Of a DNA stretch of 64,000 nt, positions 52,206-61,069 are shown piece after piece. The DNA lies in contig JAICWS010000002.1 of the NCBI GenBank assembly GCA_025934695.1, positions 770,230 through 834,229 of the forward strand, written 5' to 3'. The first letter of the stretch is position 1, and the number at the start of each line of letters is the position of its first letter. The position numbers were made by a program, and so were the translations under genes. The DNA comes from Alphaproteobacteria bacterium. GTDB lineage: Bacteria; Pseudomonadota; Alphaproteobacteria; Micavibrionales; UBA2020. The notes under the pieces are model-generated. The model saw nothing but the letters and a program-made list of their open reading frames with translations. It had not been told where the DNA came from and made no database searches.

Positions 52206-52439
52206 ATGAAAAATTTCATCAAATTTAAGAAGCATTTTATCCTTATGCTGGTTGTCACGAGCCCGCTGTTGCTGGGCGGCGCCAAGTATTGGGTCGATCC
52301 CGCGGCGCTTCCGGAGGACCAGAACTGCGCGAACGGCGTCTGCTGCGCGAAATGCATCGAAACGCCGGACGGCGGCTCCTACGAGCATACGGCAGGCTGG
52401 CAGTGGAAGATGCAGATCGCTTCGCACTACACGCGGTAG
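52206..52439 (+). CDS. Small hypothetical secreted/membrane-anchored Cys-rich protein
   Basis: 77 aa. N-terminal MKNFIKFKKHFILMLVVTSPLLLGG (signal peptide or anchor). The mature part has a CxxxxCCxxC cluster. GC-rich third positions in the 3' two-thirds. Followed by a strong terminator. Confidence 0.45.
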   Translation: MKNFIKFKKHFILMLVVTSPLLLGGAKYWVDPAALPEDQNCANGVCCAKCIETPDGGSYEHTAGWQWKMQIASHYTR

Positions 52440-52450
52440 AGCAATAATCT

Positions 52451-52476
52451 GTCATTCCAGCGTAAGCCGGAATCAC
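52451..52476. repeat. Degenerate GTCATTCC...GGAAT palindrome unit
   Basis: GTCATTCCAG-cgtaag-CCGGAATCAC lies directly after the small ORF stop. Confidence 0.4.
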
Positions 52477-52486
52477 TAAAATTTTA

Positions 52487-52524
52487 GCCATTCCGGCGCA
52501 TCCGGAATGGCTTTTTTGTTTTTG
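52487..52524 (+). terminator. Rho-independent terminator built on a CCATTCCGG/CCGGAATGG palindrome
   Basis: GCCATTCCGG-cgcat-CCGGAATGGC is followed by TTTTTTGTTTTT. Confidence 0.8.
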
Positions 52525-52526
52525 AG

Positions 52527-52546
52527 ATGCCAGCGTGCGCTGGCAT
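52527..52546 (-). terminator. Hairpin 14 nt downstream of the oxidoreductase stop (minus strand)
   Basis: ATGCCAGCG-tg-CGCTGGCAT. There is no U-tract of its own, so it may act together with the adjacent palindrome read on the minus strand. Confidence 0.4.
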
Positions 52547-52559
52547 GGCAATTAAATCT

Positions 52560-55500
52560 TTAAGCGGCCTTCTTCTGTTCCGGCGCGGCGGGGCGGCCGA
52601 ATTTTTCCAGCAGGGCGGCTTCGGCCGCCTTCGCCTTTTTCAGGTGTTCTTCCTTCACATGGCCATAGCCCCGGATATGCTCGGGGATGGAGGCGATCTC
52701 GACAGCGACCTCGTAGTTCGCGCCATTGAGGCGCGCCAGGATATCCTCCAGCGTGCGCTTGTAATCCTTGATCAGCTGGCGTTCCATGCGGCGTTCGGCG
52801 GTATAGCCGAAGATGTCGAGCGGCGTGCCGCGCAAGGACTTCATCTTGGCGAGCACCTTGAACGCCTGCAGCACCCAGGGGCCGAATTCCATCTTCTGCA
52901 GCTGCCCGGTCACGGCATCGCGCTTGGCGAGCAGGGGCGGGGCCATGTTGAAGCGCAGCTTGTAATCGCCGCCGAAAGTGTTCTTGAGCTGCGAGATGAA
53001 CTGCCCGTCGGTATAAAGACGCGCGACCTCGTATTCGTCCTTGTAGGCCATCAGCTTGTAGTAATAGCGGGCGACGGCTTCCGTGAGCTTGCCGGGGTTG
53101 CCTTTCAGCCTGATCTCGGCTTCGCGCACTGTGTCGACGAGCGCCTTATAGCGGTTCGCGTAGGCGGCGTTCTGGTAGCCGGTCAGCGACATCATGCGGC
53201 GGTCGATGATTTCCTCGAGCGAGGTCGAGATCTGGCGGTGGCGGTCGGAACCGTCGGCTGCTTTCGAGGGCGTCGCGATTTCCTGCACCTTCGCGAGGTT
53301 CCAGGCGGCTCGACGACCCCAGACGAAGGCCTGCTGGTTCATCGGGATGGAGACGCCGTTGAGCTCGATAGCCTTCATGATGGCCTCGCGCCCGACTGGC
53401 ACATAGCCAAGCTGCCAGGCATAGCCCAGCATGAACATGTTGGTCGCGATGGAATCGCCCGACAAGGCAGTCGCGATCTGGGTCGCGTCGAGCGTGGAGA
53501 GGTTGTTTTCGCCGCACAGGTTCGCGATGGCGCTCAGGACCTTGTTGGTCGGAATGTTCCAGTCCGGCTTGTGGGTGAATTCGCCGGTCTGCGCCTTATG
53601 CGTGTTCAGGATGATCTTGGTCTCACTGTCGGAACCCTTGGGACGGATTTTCGACAGGCAGTCGCCGTCCGCTGTCACCAGCATGTCCGCGCCGATGATG
53701 ACGTTCGCGCCGGCGATGCCGATGCGCACAGTGTTGATTTCGTCCGGCGTCTTCGCGAGGCGGATATGGCTCGTCACCGCGCCGCCCTTCTGGGCGAGGC
53801 CGGTCTGGTCCATGGTGGTGGCGCCCTTATTCTCGATATGCGCCGCCATGGCCAGGATCGCGCCGATGGTCACGACGCCCGTGCCACCCACGCCCGTCAC
53901 GAGGATGGCGACCGGCTTGTCGACATCGCCCATCTGCGGTTCTGGCATCGCCTTGAAGAATTCGTCCACCGCCGCGTCGGCTTTGGCCACTTCCGGCTTT
54001 TTGAGGCCGCCGCCCAGGACGGTCACGAAGCTGGGGCAGAAGCCTTTGACGCAGGAGAAATCTTTATTGCAGGTCGATTGGTCGATCTGGCGCTTGCGGC
54101 CGAATTCGGTCTCGACCGGCGCGACCGACAGGCAGTTCGATTTCTTGCCGCAGTCGCCGCAACCTTCGCAGACGCGCTCGTTGATCAGCACGCGCTTGGC
54201 GGGATCTTCCATCAGGCCGCGCTTGCGGCGGCGGCGTTTTTCGGCGGCGCAGGTCTGGTCGTAAATGAGGATCGTGACACCCGGGGTTTCGCGCAATTTG
54301 CGCTGCACTGCATCCAGACTGTCGCGATGCTCGATGGTGGTGCCGTTGGGGAAGCGCGCCGCGCCATATTTCCACGGCTCGTCCGAAACAATGTAGATCG
54401 TCTTGATGCCTTCGGCCGCCAGCTGGTCCGTCAGCATCGGCACGGTCAGCTGCCCGTCGACATGCTGGCCGCCGGTCATGGCGACGGCGTCGTTATAGAG
54501 GATTTTGTAGGTGATGTTGACGTTGGCGGCGACCGCGGCGCGGATCGCGAGCAGGCCGGAATGGAAATAGGTGCCGTCGCCCAAATTCGCGAAGACGTGT
54601 TTTTCGGTAGTGAAGGGCGACTGGCCGATCCAGGGCACGCCTTCGCCGCCCATCTGCGTGAACATGACGGTGGAACGGTCCATCCACATCGCCATGTAAT
54701 GGCAGCCGATGCCGGCGAGCGCGCGGCTGCCTTCCGGGACGACGGTCGAAGTGTTGTGCGGACAGCCCGAGCAATACCATGGCATGCGCACGACCGGCGC
54801 GGGCTTGCCTTTCAGGTCGAAATTCTTGTGGATGAGCGCCATGCGGCTCGCGAAGGCCGAGGTGTCCGTCATCGGCGCCAGGCGCTTGATCAGCGCGTCG
54901 GCGATCTGTCCCGGCGACAGTTCATATGTTTCCGGCAGCAAGGGCGCGCCTTTGTCATCCGTCTTTCCGGTGACGCGCGGGCGCTTATCGGCGGGCATAT
55001 TGAAGAGGATTTTCTTGATCTGCTCTTCGATCAATCCGCGCTTTTCCTCGACGACGAAAAGTTCTTCCACTTCACTGGCGATCTTCTGGATGCCGACCGG
55101 ATCGAGCGGCCAGACGAGCGCGATCTTGTAGACCGCGATGCCCATTTCCTCGGCGCGCTTGTTGGTGATGCCGAGGTCGTCGAGCGCTTGCATCGTATCC
55201 ATCCAGCCCTTGCCGGTTGCGACGATGCCGAGGCGCTTCTTCGCCGGATTGATGATGAAACGGTCGAGGCCATTAGCACGCGCATAGGCCTGCGCGGCGG
55301 GCAACTTGAGACGAATAAGACGATCTTCCTGCTCGACCGGCGGATCGTACCAGCGGATGTTCAGCCCTTCCTTCGGCATGTCGAAATCGGTGGGCAGCCG
55401 GAACGCGAGCGCGAAAGGATCGGTCGAGACAGAAGCGGAAGAGTCCGCGAAATCGGAAATGATCTTGAATGCCGTCCAGCAGCCCGAATAGCGCGACATG

Positions 55501-56060
55501 GCGATCCCGTGCAGGCCGAGGTTCAACGCGTCCTCGATCCCGGCGGGGTGCAGGACGGGGATCATCGCGTGGATGAAAGCATGTTCCGACTGGTGCGGGA
55601 AAGTGGAGGATTTGCAGGCATGGTCGTCGCCCGCCAGCGCCAGGACGCCGCCATGTTTCGAGGTGCCTGCGCCGTTAGCGTGCTTGAGGACGTCAACGGA
55701 ACGGTCGACGCCTGGGCCCTTGCCGTACCACATGCCGACGACGCCGTCATAGGCGGCGCCGGGACCGAGATTGAGTTGCTGGCTGCCCCAGACGGCGGTC
55801 GCGCCCAGGTCTTCGTTCACGCCGGGGACAAACTTGATGTCATGCTCTTCCAGGAACTTGCGGGCGCTTTTGAGGGCCATATCCAGTCCGCCCAAAGGGG
55901 ACCCCCGGTAACCCGAGATAAAAGTGCCCGTTTTAAGGCCTTTGGACGTGTCCAGCTGGTGCTGCATGATCGGAAGGCGCACGAGGGCCTGGAGGCCGTT
56001 CAGGTAGATCCGGCCCGCTTTTTCGGTGTATTTATCGTCGAGTGTGACTGTATCGCGCAT
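52560..56060 (-). CDS. Indolepyruvate:ferredoxin oxidoreductase family protein (fused alpha/beta)
   Basis: About 1166 aa from MRDTVTLDDKY (ATG 56060). Upstream alternatives are ATG 56126 and TTG 56132. Motifs YLNGLQALVRLP, the TPP-binding region GDGTYFHSG, and the ferredoxin-type cluster CEGCGDCGKKSNC. Confidence 0.92.
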   Translation of the reverse strand: MRDTVTLDDKYTEKAGRIYLNGLQALVRLPIMQHQLDTSKGLKTGTFISGYRGSPLGGLDMALKSARKFLEEHDIKFVPGVNEDLGATAVWGSQQLNLGPGAAYDGVVGMWYGKGPGVDRSVDVLKHANGAGTSKHGGVLALAGDDHACKSSTFPHQSEHAFIHAMIPVLHPAGIEDALNLGLHGIAMSRYSGCWTAFKIISDFADSSASVSTDPFALAFRLPTDFDMPKEGLNIRWYDPPVEQEDRLIRLKLPAAQAYARANGLDRFIINPAKKRLGIVATGKGWMDTMQALDDLGITNKRAEEMGIAVYKIALVWPLDPVGIQKIASEVEELFVVEEKRGLIEEQIKKILFNMPADKRPRVTGKTDDKGAPLLPETYELSPGQIADALIKRLAPMTDTSAFASRMALIHKNFDLKGKPAPVVRMPWYCSGCPHNTSTVVPEGSRALAGIGCHYMAMWMDRSTVMFTQMGGEGVPWIGQSPFTTEKHVFANLGDGTYFHSGLLAIRAAVAANVNITYKILYNDAVAMTGGQHVDGQLTVPMLTDQLAAEGIKTIYIVSDEPWKYGAARFPNGTTIEHRDSLDAVQRKLRETPGVTILIYDQTCAAEKRRRRKRGLMEDPAKRVLINERVCEGCGDCGKKSNCLSVAPVETEFGRKRQIDQSTCNKDFSCVKGFCPSFVTVLGGGLKKPEVAKADAAVDEFFKAMPEPQMGDVDKPVAILVTGVGGTGVVTIGAILAMAAHIENKGATTMDQTGLAQKGGAVTSHIRLAKTPDEINTVRIGIAGANVIIGADMLVTADGDCLSKIRPKGSDSETKIILNTHKAQTGEFTHKPDWNIPTNKVLSAIANLCGENNLSTLDATQIATALSGDSIATNMFMLGYAWQLGYVPVGREAIMKAIELNGVSIPMNQQAFVWGRRAAWNLAKVQEIATPSKAADGSDRHRQISTSLEEIIDRRMMSLTGYQNAAYANRYKALVDTVREAEIRLKGNPGKLTEAVARYYYKLMAYKDEYEVARLYTDGQFISQLKNTFGGDYKLRFNMAPPLLAKRDAVTGQLQKMEFGPWVLQAFKVLAKMKSLRGTPLDIFGYTAERRMERQLIKDYKRTLEDILARLNGANYEVAVEIASIPEHIRGYGHVKEEHLKKAKAAEAALLEKFGRPAAPEQKKAA

Positions 56061-56322
56061 CCCTTTTACCGCACCGTCGTTTCCCGATTCTTGGTTCAGG
56101 AGTAAGGTAGTGGGGCGAGGGCCCATAAGCAATATAATTTCGTGGCCGATTGCGATAATATTTTTTCAAATTGCCCCAATAAATCAAAGGTATGAGCCGA
56201 ATTTTTATGTTGCGGCGCACCATTTGAACTGGTTAACAAATTATTATCAGAATCGCTTGTGTTTTGACAGAAGCTTACGTAATATGTAAAACGATTGGAT
56301 AGGTAATAGAGAGAATCTGACC

Positions 56323-56625
56323 ATGAGCGAGTCTGAAATCGCGCAGCTGCGCGGCAATTTTTGTCTTGCCGCAGGGCGAGACGCGGTCGTCGACATGCAG
56401 CCGTATCTGAAAACGGCCGCAAATGATCCTTGCCGGGAGAGCATCCTGGCGATGGCCTTCTCGCTGGCGTTAGCGCACCGGCAGGAGAATTCCGTGCGCT
56501 GTCTTGCCCCCGTCCTCGCGACAGAAGGATTGGGCAGCGAATACCAGGTCTCGCTCGCGCAACAACAGGGAGCGGGACGCTTTCTAACCGACGTCATAAG
56601 AAAAATGAAAACTGAGGCAGCATGA
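56323..56625 (+). CDS. Hypothetical protein, 100 aa
   Basis: First gene after an AT-rich 190-nt spacer. GC3-rich codons. No recognisable motif. Its stop overlaps the next ATG (ATGA at 56622-56625). Confidence 0.5.
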   Translation: MSESEIAQLRGNFCLAAGRDAVVDMQPYLKTAANDPCRESILAMAFSLALAHRQENSVRCLAPVLATEGLGSEYQVSLAQQQGAGRFLTDVIRKMKTEAA

Positions 56626-56768
56626 TGACCCCTAACATATCTTCCTTCCGGAGCGGCTTCGAAAAAGCCGGTGCCAAGCTCTTCCGCGTCGATCCGCGCA
56701 AGGCGACCAACGACGCCGCGCGTTTCTTCCTCGAGATTCTCAAGAAAATGCCCGTCGAGCAGGAGTGA
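56622..56768 (+). CDS. Hypothetical small protein, 48 aa (not in the track)
   Basis: Product is MMTPNISSFRSGFEKAGAKLFRVDPRKATNDAARFFLEILKKMPVEQE. GC3-rich. The overlapping alternative frame (track ORF start 56671) reads as a Ser/Arg/Pro-rich out-of-frame artefact. Confidence 0.4.
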   Translation: MMTPNISSFRSGFEKAGAKLFRVDPRKATNDAARFFLEILKKMPVEQE

Positions 56769-56772
56769 TCGA

Positions 56773-57708
56773 ATGGTCATTATTGACGATTTTGGCGATT
56801 ACGACAGCGCGTCCGAACGTCAAAAACGGCACGAAGCTTCGGATCGCAAGGACCGGTTCCTGATGGCCGCGGGCGCACGTCCCGCAAGCGCCCAGGACTA
56901 CCAGGCCTGGCTCGAAAGCCATCTCGATCATGGCGGCAAGATCGGAAGCGTTGAACAGCGCGCGTTCAATAGCTCCGGCACATACACGATCTCGCGCGAC
57001 GCCGAATTGCCGGCGGGGCTTTGTGGCTCTGATTCCGTACATGTCATCGTGCCCGAGGGCATTACCCTGACTACGAAAAACCGGGGTCATTGCACCGTCT
57101 ATAACATCGCGGACGGCAGTGGCGACGATTTCCGCCAGTCGGTCGTTTATCGCGAAATCCTGCCCTCAATGATCGAGCGCGGCTATGCGCTCGATCAGCT
57201 CGTCCCGCAGAAGGACTGGGAAGGCATTGTCAGCGGCGTTCTTGAAGCGAAGGTCGGCAATATGCGCAAGGCCAGCGTCGCCGATGCCGATGCGATATTG
57301 AAAGTTCTGGGTGCACTCGATCTCGCCTCCGAGGCGAAGCGCCAGCTCGGCCTCGATCCCGCGATGCAGCTGCCCGCGCCGATGCAGAAAGCGGCGGATG
57401 ATTTCAAAGACGGGCTGACCGAGAGCTACAAGGCTTTCCGCTACAAGCTCGATCCTACCAGCCAGACGCCGGGACCGTCGCTGCTCAAGCCCAAGGTCAA
57501 TCCGGCGAAACAGGCGAAACAGGCGATGCAGGTGGCGGTGCAAGCGGCGACGACGGGCGCACCGGAGAAAATCGTTGTCATGCCGCGGCTGAAATTCAAG
57601 GGCGCGGCGCAGCCACCCTCGCCGGCCCCTGCCGCCGCCGCCGCGGATACGGATTCAGCCCCAAAAAAATGGGGTTTTCGGCGGCTTCTCGGCAAGATGA
57701 TGCCCTGA
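56773..57708 (+). CDS. Hypothetical protein, 311 aa, with Pro/Ala-rich basic C-terminus
   Basis: Start placed at MVIIDDFGDYD, 4 nt after the preceding stop. No signal peptide and no known motif. C-terminus ...AAAADTDSAPKKWGFRRLLGKMMP. Confidence 0.6.
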   Translation: MVIIDDFGDYDSASERQKRHEASDRKDRFLMAAGARPASAQDYQAWLESHLDHGGKIGSVEQRAFNSSGTYTISRDAELPAGLCGSDSVHVIVPEGITLTTKNRGHCTVYNIADGSGDDFRQSVVYREILPSMIERGYALDQLVPQKDWEGIVSGVLEAKVGNMRKASVADADAILKVLGALDLASEAKRQLGLDPAMQLPAPMQKAADDFKDGLTESYKAFRYKLDPTSQTPGPSLLKPKVNPAKQAKQAMQVAVQAATTGAPEKIVVMPRLKFKGAAQPPSPAPAAAAADTDSAPKKWGFRRLLGKMMP

Positions 57709-57872
57709 CGGGTCCTCGGCTTATCCGACTGAATCCGTTACCCTTTTTCGATGTTTGTGAAAGGCGGAAACGCGCATAGGCGCAAGAATCCGCTTCCCAA
57801 CGCTGTTTTTTGCGTGTAAAAGGGCCATCTGATTGGCTTAACCTTTTAAACTTAAAGAGATATCGGAAAGGG

Positions 57873-58088
57873 GTGATTACCATCGTACAGGTTATCGTAC
57901 GCGATAATAACGTCGACCAGGCTCTGCGCGCACTCAAGAAAAAGATGCAGCGCGAAGGTCTGTTCCGCGAAATGAAGATCCGCCGCCACTATGAAAAGCC
58001 TTCTGTGAAGAAGGCGCGCGAGCGGTCTGAAGCCGTGAGACGTCATCGCAAGCTCGAGCGCAAACGCAAAGAGCGCGACGGCGATTAG
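57873..58088 (+). CDS. rpsU: 30S ribosomal protein S21
   Basis: GTG start after GGAAAGGGG. Core sequence [40 protein letters not shown]. Confidence 0.93.
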   Translation: MITIVQVIVRDNNVDQALRALKKKMQREGLFREMKIRRHYEKPSVKKARERSEAVRRHRKLERKRKERDGD

Positions 58089-58124
58089 GCCGTTATTATC
58101 GGATCACTTATCCGTTAAAAAATG

Positions 58125-58163
58125 AAGGAGCCCGCGCGATGTGCCGGGCTCCTTTTTTATTTT
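58125..58163. terminator. Bidirectional rho-independent terminator (rpsU on +, periplasmic protein gene on -)
   Basis: AAGGAGCCCG...CGGGCTCCTT forms a 10-bp stem, followed by TTTTTTATTTT. An A-rich stretch on the left serves the minus strand. Confidence 0.8.
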
Positions 58164-58175
58164 CGCGAATTTTCC

Positions 58176-58847
58176 TCACTGGCCCGGATGCAGGCGGCTT
58201 TCGCATGCCTTGTAAAAGGCCGGGTTGATGTTCTGATAGGCTGCGCAGGCATCCGCCTGACCCGATGTGCCCGATGCCGCCGTCGGTGTGGGCGCGGACG
58301 CGCCGCCCTGCAGCGACTTGATCAACGCCGCCTTTTGCTCGGGCGACAGGTTCTGGATCTGCTGCGTCAGCGACGCGACCGGATCCGCCGCGGTCGCCGC
58401 CTGCGGCTGGTCCGCCATTTGCTGCTCGGTCGACTTCACGTAGGGCTGAAGCTGGTCGTGCAGCATCTGCTTCTGGTCGTTCGTGAGCATCTTGTCCCAT
58501 TGCGAACCGAAAGATCCGCTGTCGCCGCCCATTGACTTGGCCTGGTTGGTCAGCGCCTCGCGTTGCTCCGGCGACATGTTTTTGAATGTCTCGATCGCCT
58601 GTTGGAGCATGGCGTTGCGCTCCTCGGGCGACATGCCCTGAAACGCCTGCATCGCGGCGTCGGCCGGCGCCGCCGCCGCTCCACCGCCGGTGCCAGACGG
58701 TCCCGGCATTTCGGCGACGCTGTGAAAGGTTGTCGTATCCGCCCCTGGTGGCGTCGTGACGGATTGCTGCGCGAAGGCCGCGGGCGCGACAGCCAGGCCG
58801 ATGCCGAACACACAGGCGACAACCGTTTTTCCGACAATAGTTCTCAT
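58176..58847 (-). CDS. Periplasmic repeat protein with LTXXQ-like (Spy/CpxP-like) motifs
   Basis: Start at MRTIVGKT with an AGGAGG SD. Signal peptide ...APAAFAQ. Repeated MSPEER, MSPEQR, LTNDQK and LSPEQK helices. C-terminal Cys pair. The family call is tentative. Confidence 0.65.
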   Translation of the reverse strand: MRTIVGKTVVACVFGIGLAVAPAAFAQQSVTTPPGADTTTFHSVAEMPGPSGTGGGAAAAPADAAMQAFQGMSPEERNAMLQQAIETFKNMSPEQREALTNQAKSMGGDSGSFGSQWDKMLTNDQKQMLHDQLQPYVKSTEQQMADQPQAATAADPVASLTQQIQNLSPEQKAALIKSLQGGASAPTPTAASGTSGQADACAAYQNINPAFYKACESRLHPGQ

Positions 58848-58947
58848 GGGCACCTCCTGCCGTTGGCCACCCTTCAATTATACCGGAAGATTGCCTACGA
58901 AAGATAAACGAGGGCGAGAGCCTGAAAATATTCGTGAAAACAATAAG

Positions 58948-59889
58948 TTACAGATTGAATGCCGATTTCGGCCGCTTGCCACCGCCCAGCACATAGGCCT
59001 CGTCGGCCTCGCCGCCCAGGCGCTGGAATTCGGCCAGCGCCTTGCGCAGGGCTTCCTCGTTGATACGGTCGAAGCTTTCCGGGGGCGCCAAGGTCTCGGC
59101 GCCCGTCTTCAGGTTTTCGGAGACGACCGTGCGCTCGCGCGCCTCGAAATTGAAAATCTCCGTGACCTTGCGGCCGATGCCGGGATAGAGGCCATTCAGC
59201 GCGACGCGATTTTTTCCCACGAGGCTCCAGCTTTCCGACGTCTCCGCGGACGAGGGCGCGGACGCCACGGCGGGTGTGACGGCAGGCGCGGGTGAAGGCG
59301 CGCCTTTTTGTAGCAGCTTCAGCACATGCGGCTTGGCTTTCGCGAGATCAACCGCGGTCTTTCCCGCCTTGTCCGCGATGTCGGTGCGCGCGCCCGCCTT
59401 GATCAGGCAGTCGACGGTGCTCGTCATTTCCTTCTCGACCGCCCAGTGCAGCGCCGTGCGCCCGTTGGTGCGGATGATCGCATCGAGATCGGCCTGCGCC
59501 GCGATAAGCGCCTTGACGACATCGAGGTCGCCCGCGAAAGCGGCGAGATGGATCGGATAAATGTACTCGGGGCTATGCGTGTTCGGTTTCGCGCCGCCCT
59601 CGATGAGCGCCAGCGCGGCGTTCGGCTTCTTCTCGTCCATCGCGGCCATCAAGGGCGTTTGTCCCTCGCGCGACGGAATATTGGGGTCCGCCCCGAAGCC
59701 GATCAGCATCTGGATAATCCGCACATCGCCCTTTGTCGCCGCGATATGAAGCGCAGTGAGGCCTTTGTCGTCCTGGACGTCGATGCCGAACTTGCGCGGA
59801 ATGTAATAGGTGAGGCAATGCCGGATTTCGTCTGCGTCGCCCGTGCGTGCGGCATTCAGGAAGCTTTTCTTGCTGTGGAACAGGGGCAT
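58948..59889 (-). CDS. Ankyrin-repeat protein with conserved C-terminal module (array member 1)
   Basis: Start at MPLFHSKKSFLNAARTGD (ATG 59889, 2 nt after the upstream stop). ANK repeats (GLTALHIAATKGDVRIIQMLIGFGADPN...). Pro/Ala linker. C-terminal ESWSLVG...TEIFNFEARER...ENLKTGAE...LGG...KSAFNL. Confidence 0.88.
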   Translation of the reverse strand: MPLFHSKKSFLNAARTGDADEIRHCLTYYIPRKFGIDVQDDKGLTALHIAATKGDVRIIQMLIGFGADPNIPSREGQTPLMAAMDEKKPNAALALIEGGAKPNTHSPEYIYPIHLAAFAGDLDVVKALIAAQADLDAIIRTNGRTALHWAVEKEMTSTVDCLIKAGARTDIADKAGKTAVDLAKAKPHVLKLLQKGAPSPAPAVTPAVASAPSSAETSESWSLVGKNRVALNGLYPGIGRKVTEIFNFEARERTVVSENLKTGAETLAPPESFDRINEEALRKALAEFQRLGGEADEAYVLGGGKRPKSAFNL

Positions 59890-59891
59890 GC

Positions 59892-61037
59892 TTAAGGATT
59901 GCCGGCTTGCGGTTTCAGTGTTTTCTTGGCCAGGCGCGCGCCGAAGACGGCCTCGTCGTCGGCCTTGCCGCCCAGATCGCGCAAGGCACGGAGCGCCTTG
60001 TCCAGCAGCCCCTCGGGTGTCGCATCGAAAGACATGGGCTGCGTGACGGTTTCCGCCTGCGTCCGGAGGTTTTCCGAGATGGTGAAACGCTCGCGGCTTT
60101 CGAAATTGAATACTTCCGTCAGACGGCGCAGCAGCGCCGGATGGACGCTGACGCGCGCGACCTTTTCCTCGCCCATCAGCACCCAGGCTTCCGCGTCGCT
60201 CAAGGGGAGCTCGGTCGCCGTCGCATTCAGCGGCGTGGTGCGGCTCGCGATGATTTTTTTCACATGCGGCTCGATAAGCGGCACGATCGCCGCCGCGTGA
60301 TTGGACCGCCGCGCACATTCGAGCGCATCCTGGGACTGGCTGTTGAGAATATCGACGCGCGCCCCGCGGTCGATCAGCAGCTTGACGATATCCGCCTCGC
60401 CGGCGTTGATCGCGGAGTGGAGCGCCGTATTCCTGTAGTCCGCCCGCGCGTTGATATCAGCGCCTTTGTCGAGCAGCGCCTGGGCCAGGTCAAGCTGACC
60501 ATGCATTGCCGCATAATGAAGCGGACGGTATCCATTACTGGCGCGGGCATTGGGATTCGCCCCGGCGTCGATCATGTCTCCAGCCAGTTTCCATGCGCTC
60601 TTCTCAAGCGCCTTCAACAGCGGAGCACCCTTGCTCACATCGGCTTTCGCGTCGAGCAGGAGGCGGGCGATCTCCGTGTTGCTGCCGTGGCGGTTCAGCG
60701 AAAGGCTGAGAATACTTTCGTCATTCGGCATCTCGGCGTTCGGGTCCGCCCCGGCCTTGAGCAGCGCGGCGACAATCTCCTTGGCCCCATCGGGGTTGCG
60801 CAGGACGGCAAGCGCGAGCGGCGTATAGCCAAATTGGCAGGTGGCGTCGACGGGGAATCCCGCCTGGATCAGGGCTTCCACGGTTTCGGTGTGGCCTTCC
60901 TGCGCTGCCAGGTGCAACGCAGTATTTCCATCGTTGCGCGCAGCAAGGCACACCTGCGGCTCGCGCTGCAGGTACTGCCTGACGGCGTCGGTATCGCCCC
61001 GTTCGGCGGCTTTCAGGAAATTCCGCGCGGTGAACAA
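59892..61037 (-). CDS. Ankyrin-repeat protein with conserved C-terminal module (array member 2, largest)
   Basis: Probable TTG start 61037, 7 nt after GGAG, giving (M)FTARNFLKAAERGD like its paralogues. The track start 61079 is also TTG. More ANK repeats than the other members. C-terminal EAWVLMG...TEVFNFESRER...ENLRTQAE...LGG, with a divergent tail KKTLKPQAGNP. Confidence 0.85.
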   Translation of the reverse strand: MFTARNFLKAAERGDTDAVRQYLQREPQVCLAARNDGNTALHLAAQEGHTETVEALIQAGFPVDATCQFGYTPLALAVLRNPDGAKEIVAALLKAGADPNAEMPNDESILSLSLNRHGSNTEIARLLLDAKADVSKGAPLLKALEKSAWKLAGDMIDAGANPNARASNGYRPLHYAAMHGQLDLAQALLDKGADINARADYRNTALHSAINAGEADIVKLLIDRGARVDILNSQSQDALECARRSNHAAAIVPLIEPHVKKIIASRTTPLNATATELPLSDAEAWVLMGEEKVARVSVHPALLRRLTEVFNFESRERFTISENLRTQAETVTQPMSFDATPEGLLDKALRALRDLGGKADDEAVFGARLAKKTLKPQAGNP

Positions 61038-61069
61038 TGGATTGCTCCATAAATACGGTAAACTATCGC

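Noticed and set aside
52527-56105. 1192-aa plus-strand ORF, the longest in the window
   Set aside because: It mirrors the indolepyruvate:ferredoxin oxidoreductase gene on the minus strand almost exactly. Its product is Arg/Gly/Ala/Asp/His-rich with no motif, whereas the minus-strand product has clear TPP and 4Fe-4S motifs. This is the classic antisense shadow ORF of high-GC DNA.
56671-56772. 5' extension of the 311-aa gene (track start 56671)
   Set aside because: The extension translates to a Ser/Arg/Pro-rich string (PSSSASIRARRPTTPRVSSSRFSRK) typical of an off-frame reading. The overlapping 48-aa frame has normal composition and codon bias, and ATG 56773 follows its stop by 4 nt.
59890-60318. 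N-terminal 143-aa extension of track ORF 58948-60318
   Set aside because: The extension overlaps the 3' end of array member 2 in another frame and reads as Arg/Gly-rich junk. The paralogue-like N-terminus MPLFHSKKSFLNAARTGD begins at ATG 59889.
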